From an uncultured Nitrospiraceae bacterium (GTDB lineage Bacteria; Nitrospirota; Nitrospiria; Nitrospirales; Nitrospiraceae): a DNA stretch of 64,000 bases. The number at the start of each line of letters is the position of its first letter. Position 1 is the stretch's first letter. The notes beneath the pieces were generated by a model. That model made no database searches and was not told the DNA's origin. It saw only the letters and a list, made by a program, of their open reading frames with translations. The translations under genes and the position numbers were made by a program. Below are positions 61,795 to 64,000 of the stretch, in pieces. The stretch covers positions 32,001-96,000 of the forward strand of contig CAVPLT010000002.1 of NCBI GenBank assembly GCA_963706325.1, read 5' to 3'.

Positions 61795-62238
61795 GTGGAT
61801 CCTTCCCTCGAAGCGTTAGGTCTGTATTTCATTGCGGTACTCATCTTGGTCGCGGGCATGGTGGGCATCTCCGCGCTGTTGGGAGAACGCCATCGCGAAC
61901 GGACGACCGAACAGCCGTATGAGTCCGGCATTCCCGCGACCGGTTCGGCGCATCTTCGAGTGCCGGTGCAATTTTACCTCATGGCGATGCTGTTCGTGAT
62001 CTTCGATATGGAGTCAGTCTTTCTCTTTGCCTGGGCAGTGGCTCTTCCGGAAGCCGGCTGGCTGGGATTCGGAGAAATGCTCGTTTTTATCGGCATCTTG
62101 TTCATCGCGCTTATCTATCTGTGGAAGGTCGGCGCGTTGGAGTGGGGTAGTCCTTATCAATCCGTGGACAGCACCAGGAAGGAGCGACTGAATGCGGTGG
62201 TGGCTTACGAAAGCGGAACAGGTACAACCGCACGATAA
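61795..62238 (+). CDS. nuoA: NADH-quinone oxidoreductase subunit A
   Basis: 'PYESGI', '[14 protein letters not shown]', 'GALEW'. Confidence 0.93.
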   Translation: MDPSLEALGLYFIAVLILVAGMVGISALLGERHRERTTEQPYESGIPATGSAHLRVPVQFYLMAMLFVIFDMESVFLFAWAVALPEAGWLGFGEMLVFIGILFIALIYLWKVGALEWGSPYQSVDSTRKERLNAVVAYESGTGTTAR

Positions 62239-62530
62239 CCGGAGCGTCCCAGGGGACGTCGGACCGATGGACGAGACCATCCGTCGCTCCGTGGTCATGG
62301 CCCGATTGGAAGACTTGATAGCCTGGGGGCGTAAGAACTCGCTGTGGCCGTTTAACTTCGGCCTGTCCTGTTGCTACGTGGAAATGGCCACGAGCCTCAC
62401 CAGCCCATATGACATCGCGCGGTTCGGCGCAGAAGTGGTTCGAGGATCGCCCAGGCAGGCGGATGTGATGGTGATAGCGGGAACGGTCTTCATCAAGGTG
62501 GCGCCCATCATACAGCGGTTGCACCAACAG
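62192..62530 (+). pseudogene. nuoB: NADH-quinone oxidoreductase subunit B, truncated
   Basis: '[21 protein letters not shown]', 'SPRQAD'; similarity lost after 'RLHQQ', so the last two Fe-S Cys are missing. Confidence 0.88.
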
Positions 62531-62724
62531 GCTCACCGTACGGCGCTGAGTACGATTCGCCTCTTCGCTCGCTGCGGCCTTGCTGGACGGACTTTTTCCG
62601 CATCCCGCGGGCTATTCTGACACCGACACGGCGCCTGAGCTGAACGCGGCGTATTACGCCACAATCGAGTTTTTCCGCATCCTGCTGGTCGTTCAGAAGT
62701 TCGTTGCTGATCAAGGAGAGGGAT

Positions 62725-63028
62725 ATGTTAGAGCTGTACCAGTTTGAAGAATGCGAATTCAGCCCACAGGTTCGTTTGAAAATGTTCGAATGGGAGATTG
62801 ATTGTATCTTGAGAAACGTGTCACAAGACAAATCGAACCGGCTGCTCTTGAAGAAGATTTCCGGCCGGAGCGAAACCCCCGACCTTGGTTGATTCGACTC
62901 GGGATGTGATTCTGGTGGGCGAGGAAAAGGAGATCATTCGCTACATCCGGAAATATTTCAGAAAGCGCAGCGGGCAGAAACCTACAAGATCGCTAACAGT
63001 AAGCGACTCCACAGAAGTGCGCAAATGA
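62725..63028 (+). pseudogene. Glutaredoxin/GST-N-like protein, frameshifted
   Basis: 'MLELYQFEECEFS..VR'; an extra C in the C-run at about 62880 displaces PTLVD...IIRYI; the restored stop overlaps the next ATG. Confidence 0.75.
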
Positions 63029-63378
63029 TACAGATTAAGCGCGTCTACAGCGAGCCCAGCAAGCAGGATGGTTTTAGAATTCTGGTCGATCGTGTCTGGC
63101 CTCGTGGTTTTAGCAAGGAGCGGGCGAACGTTGACGAATGGAGAAAAGAGCTGGCCCCGAGCACCGAACTCCGCAAATGGTTCGGCCACGATCCTGCAAA
63201 GTGGGCAGGTTTTCGGGAACGTTACCGAAAGGAGTTGGCCGGATCCGGCGGGATCGACGCACTGAAGGAATTGGCACAACGCTCCCGCCATAAAACGATC
63301 ACGTTGGTGTACGGCGCAGCCGATGAGCAACACAACCAGGCGGTGGCTCTCAAGGAATTCATCGATCAGCAGGCATAA
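63025..63378 (+). CDS. DUF488 (YeaO-like) protein
   Basis: 'IKRVY', 'LVDRVWPRG', 'APSTELRKWFGH', 'HNQA'. Confidence 0.92.
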   Translation: MIQIKRVYSEPSKQDGFRILVDRVWPRGFSKERANVDEWRKELAPSTELRKWFGHDPAKWAGFRERYRKELAGSGGIDALKELAQRSRHKTITLVYGAADEQHNQAVALKEFIDQQA

Positions 63379-63409
63379 ACACGTGCTGAAGAAAGAGGAG
63401 TGACGCGAG

Positions 63410-64000
63410 ATGGCGACGATTGCGATCAACGGATTAGGACGAATCGGCCGCGCGGCCTTCAAAATTATCTTAGAGACGCCCGAGTTGGAGCTTCGAGCGA
63501 TCAATGACCTCAACGCTGCCGACGACCTTGCGTATTTGTTGAACTATGACACCGTCTATGGACGCTACCATGAGAAGGTCGTACCGGTTCCTGAGGGCCT
63601 GAGAGTCAAGGAGAAGACCTATCCTGTGTTCAGGGAAAAGGATCCGACCAGGCTGCCCTGGAAAAATTTGGGGATCGATATCGTGCTGGAATGCACGGGC
63701 GCGTTTAATCAGCAAGCGGACTTGGAACGACATCTGACGGCCGGCGCCAAGACCGTCATCCTCTCGGCGCCTGCCAAAAGTCCGGAAATCGCGACCCTGG
63801 TCCACCGCGTGAACACGACGACCGGTCCAACGACAGGGGTCATCTCCTGCGCCAGTTGCACTACGAATTGCATAGCCCCTTCGGTGGAGGTGATGGGAAG
63901 AAGAATCGGGATTGACAAGGCCATTATGACCACGGTGCATGCCTACACCGCCACCCAGGCGATTGTCGATCGACCCAATAAGAAACGACGACGGGGGCGG
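63410..64000 (+). CDS. gap: Type I glyceraldehyde-3-phosphate dehydrogenase (runs off the window)
   Basis: MATIAINGLGRIGR, 'ECTG', 'ASCTTNC', 'TTVHAYT'. Confidence 0.93.
   Translation, partial: MATIAINGLGRIGRAAFKIILETPELELRAINDLNAADDLAYLLNYDTVYGRYHEKVVPVPEGLRVKEKTYPVFREKDPTRLPWKNLGIDIVLECTGAFNQQADLERHLTAGAKTVILSAPAKSPEIATLVHRVNTTTGPTTGVISCASCTTNCIAPSVEVMGRRIGIDKAIMTTVHAYTATQAIVDRPNKKRRRGR

Noticed and set aside
63470..63940. 156-aa minus-strand ORF
   Set aside because: Antisense shadow of gap, which is absent from the track because it runs off the window

Overview
GC-rich bacterial window. Several gene families (OM beta-barrel, small CxxC-CxxC zinc-ribbon proteins, TonB paralogs sharing 'PDYGWL') suggest Nitrospira, but this is inference from recall. 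There are two accessory blocks. (1) About 0.2-22 kb is an iron-acquisition locus: exbB-exbD-tonB-secreted protein-RND pump, a Fur paralog, a truncated IS3, a PepSY-TM protein, an AraC-TonB-FecI-FecR-TonB-dependent receptor cassette whose receptor has a single nonsense codon, and a decayed fatty-acyl-AMP ligase. (2) About 22-61 kb is a general-stress/desiccation block: two large-subunit catalases (one with a Tat-like signal), treZ, DUF4142, ferritin-like and hemerythrin proteins, SDRs, a Zn-ADH, SRPBCC proteins, PolX/LigC/RecQ remnants, an HPF-cold-shock fusion, and a cupin plus an atypical molybdopterin oxidoreductase. After it come a tRNA-Ser-3'-like att fragment, nuoA, a truncated nuoB and the start of gap. 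About 16 genes are frameshifted, truncated or remnant; some single-base indels may be sequencing errors. No complete rRNA, tRNA or CRISPR array was seen. Best leads for something undescribed: the Mo-enzyme with a Cys->Gly Fe-S motif and a fused helical domain, a candidate multi-hairpin RNA at about 8.7-8.8 kb, the Tat-like catalase + DUF4142 pair, and a recurring AGGG-N4/5-CCC motif together with a His-less sensor kinase. All family calls come from motif recognition; no database search was run.
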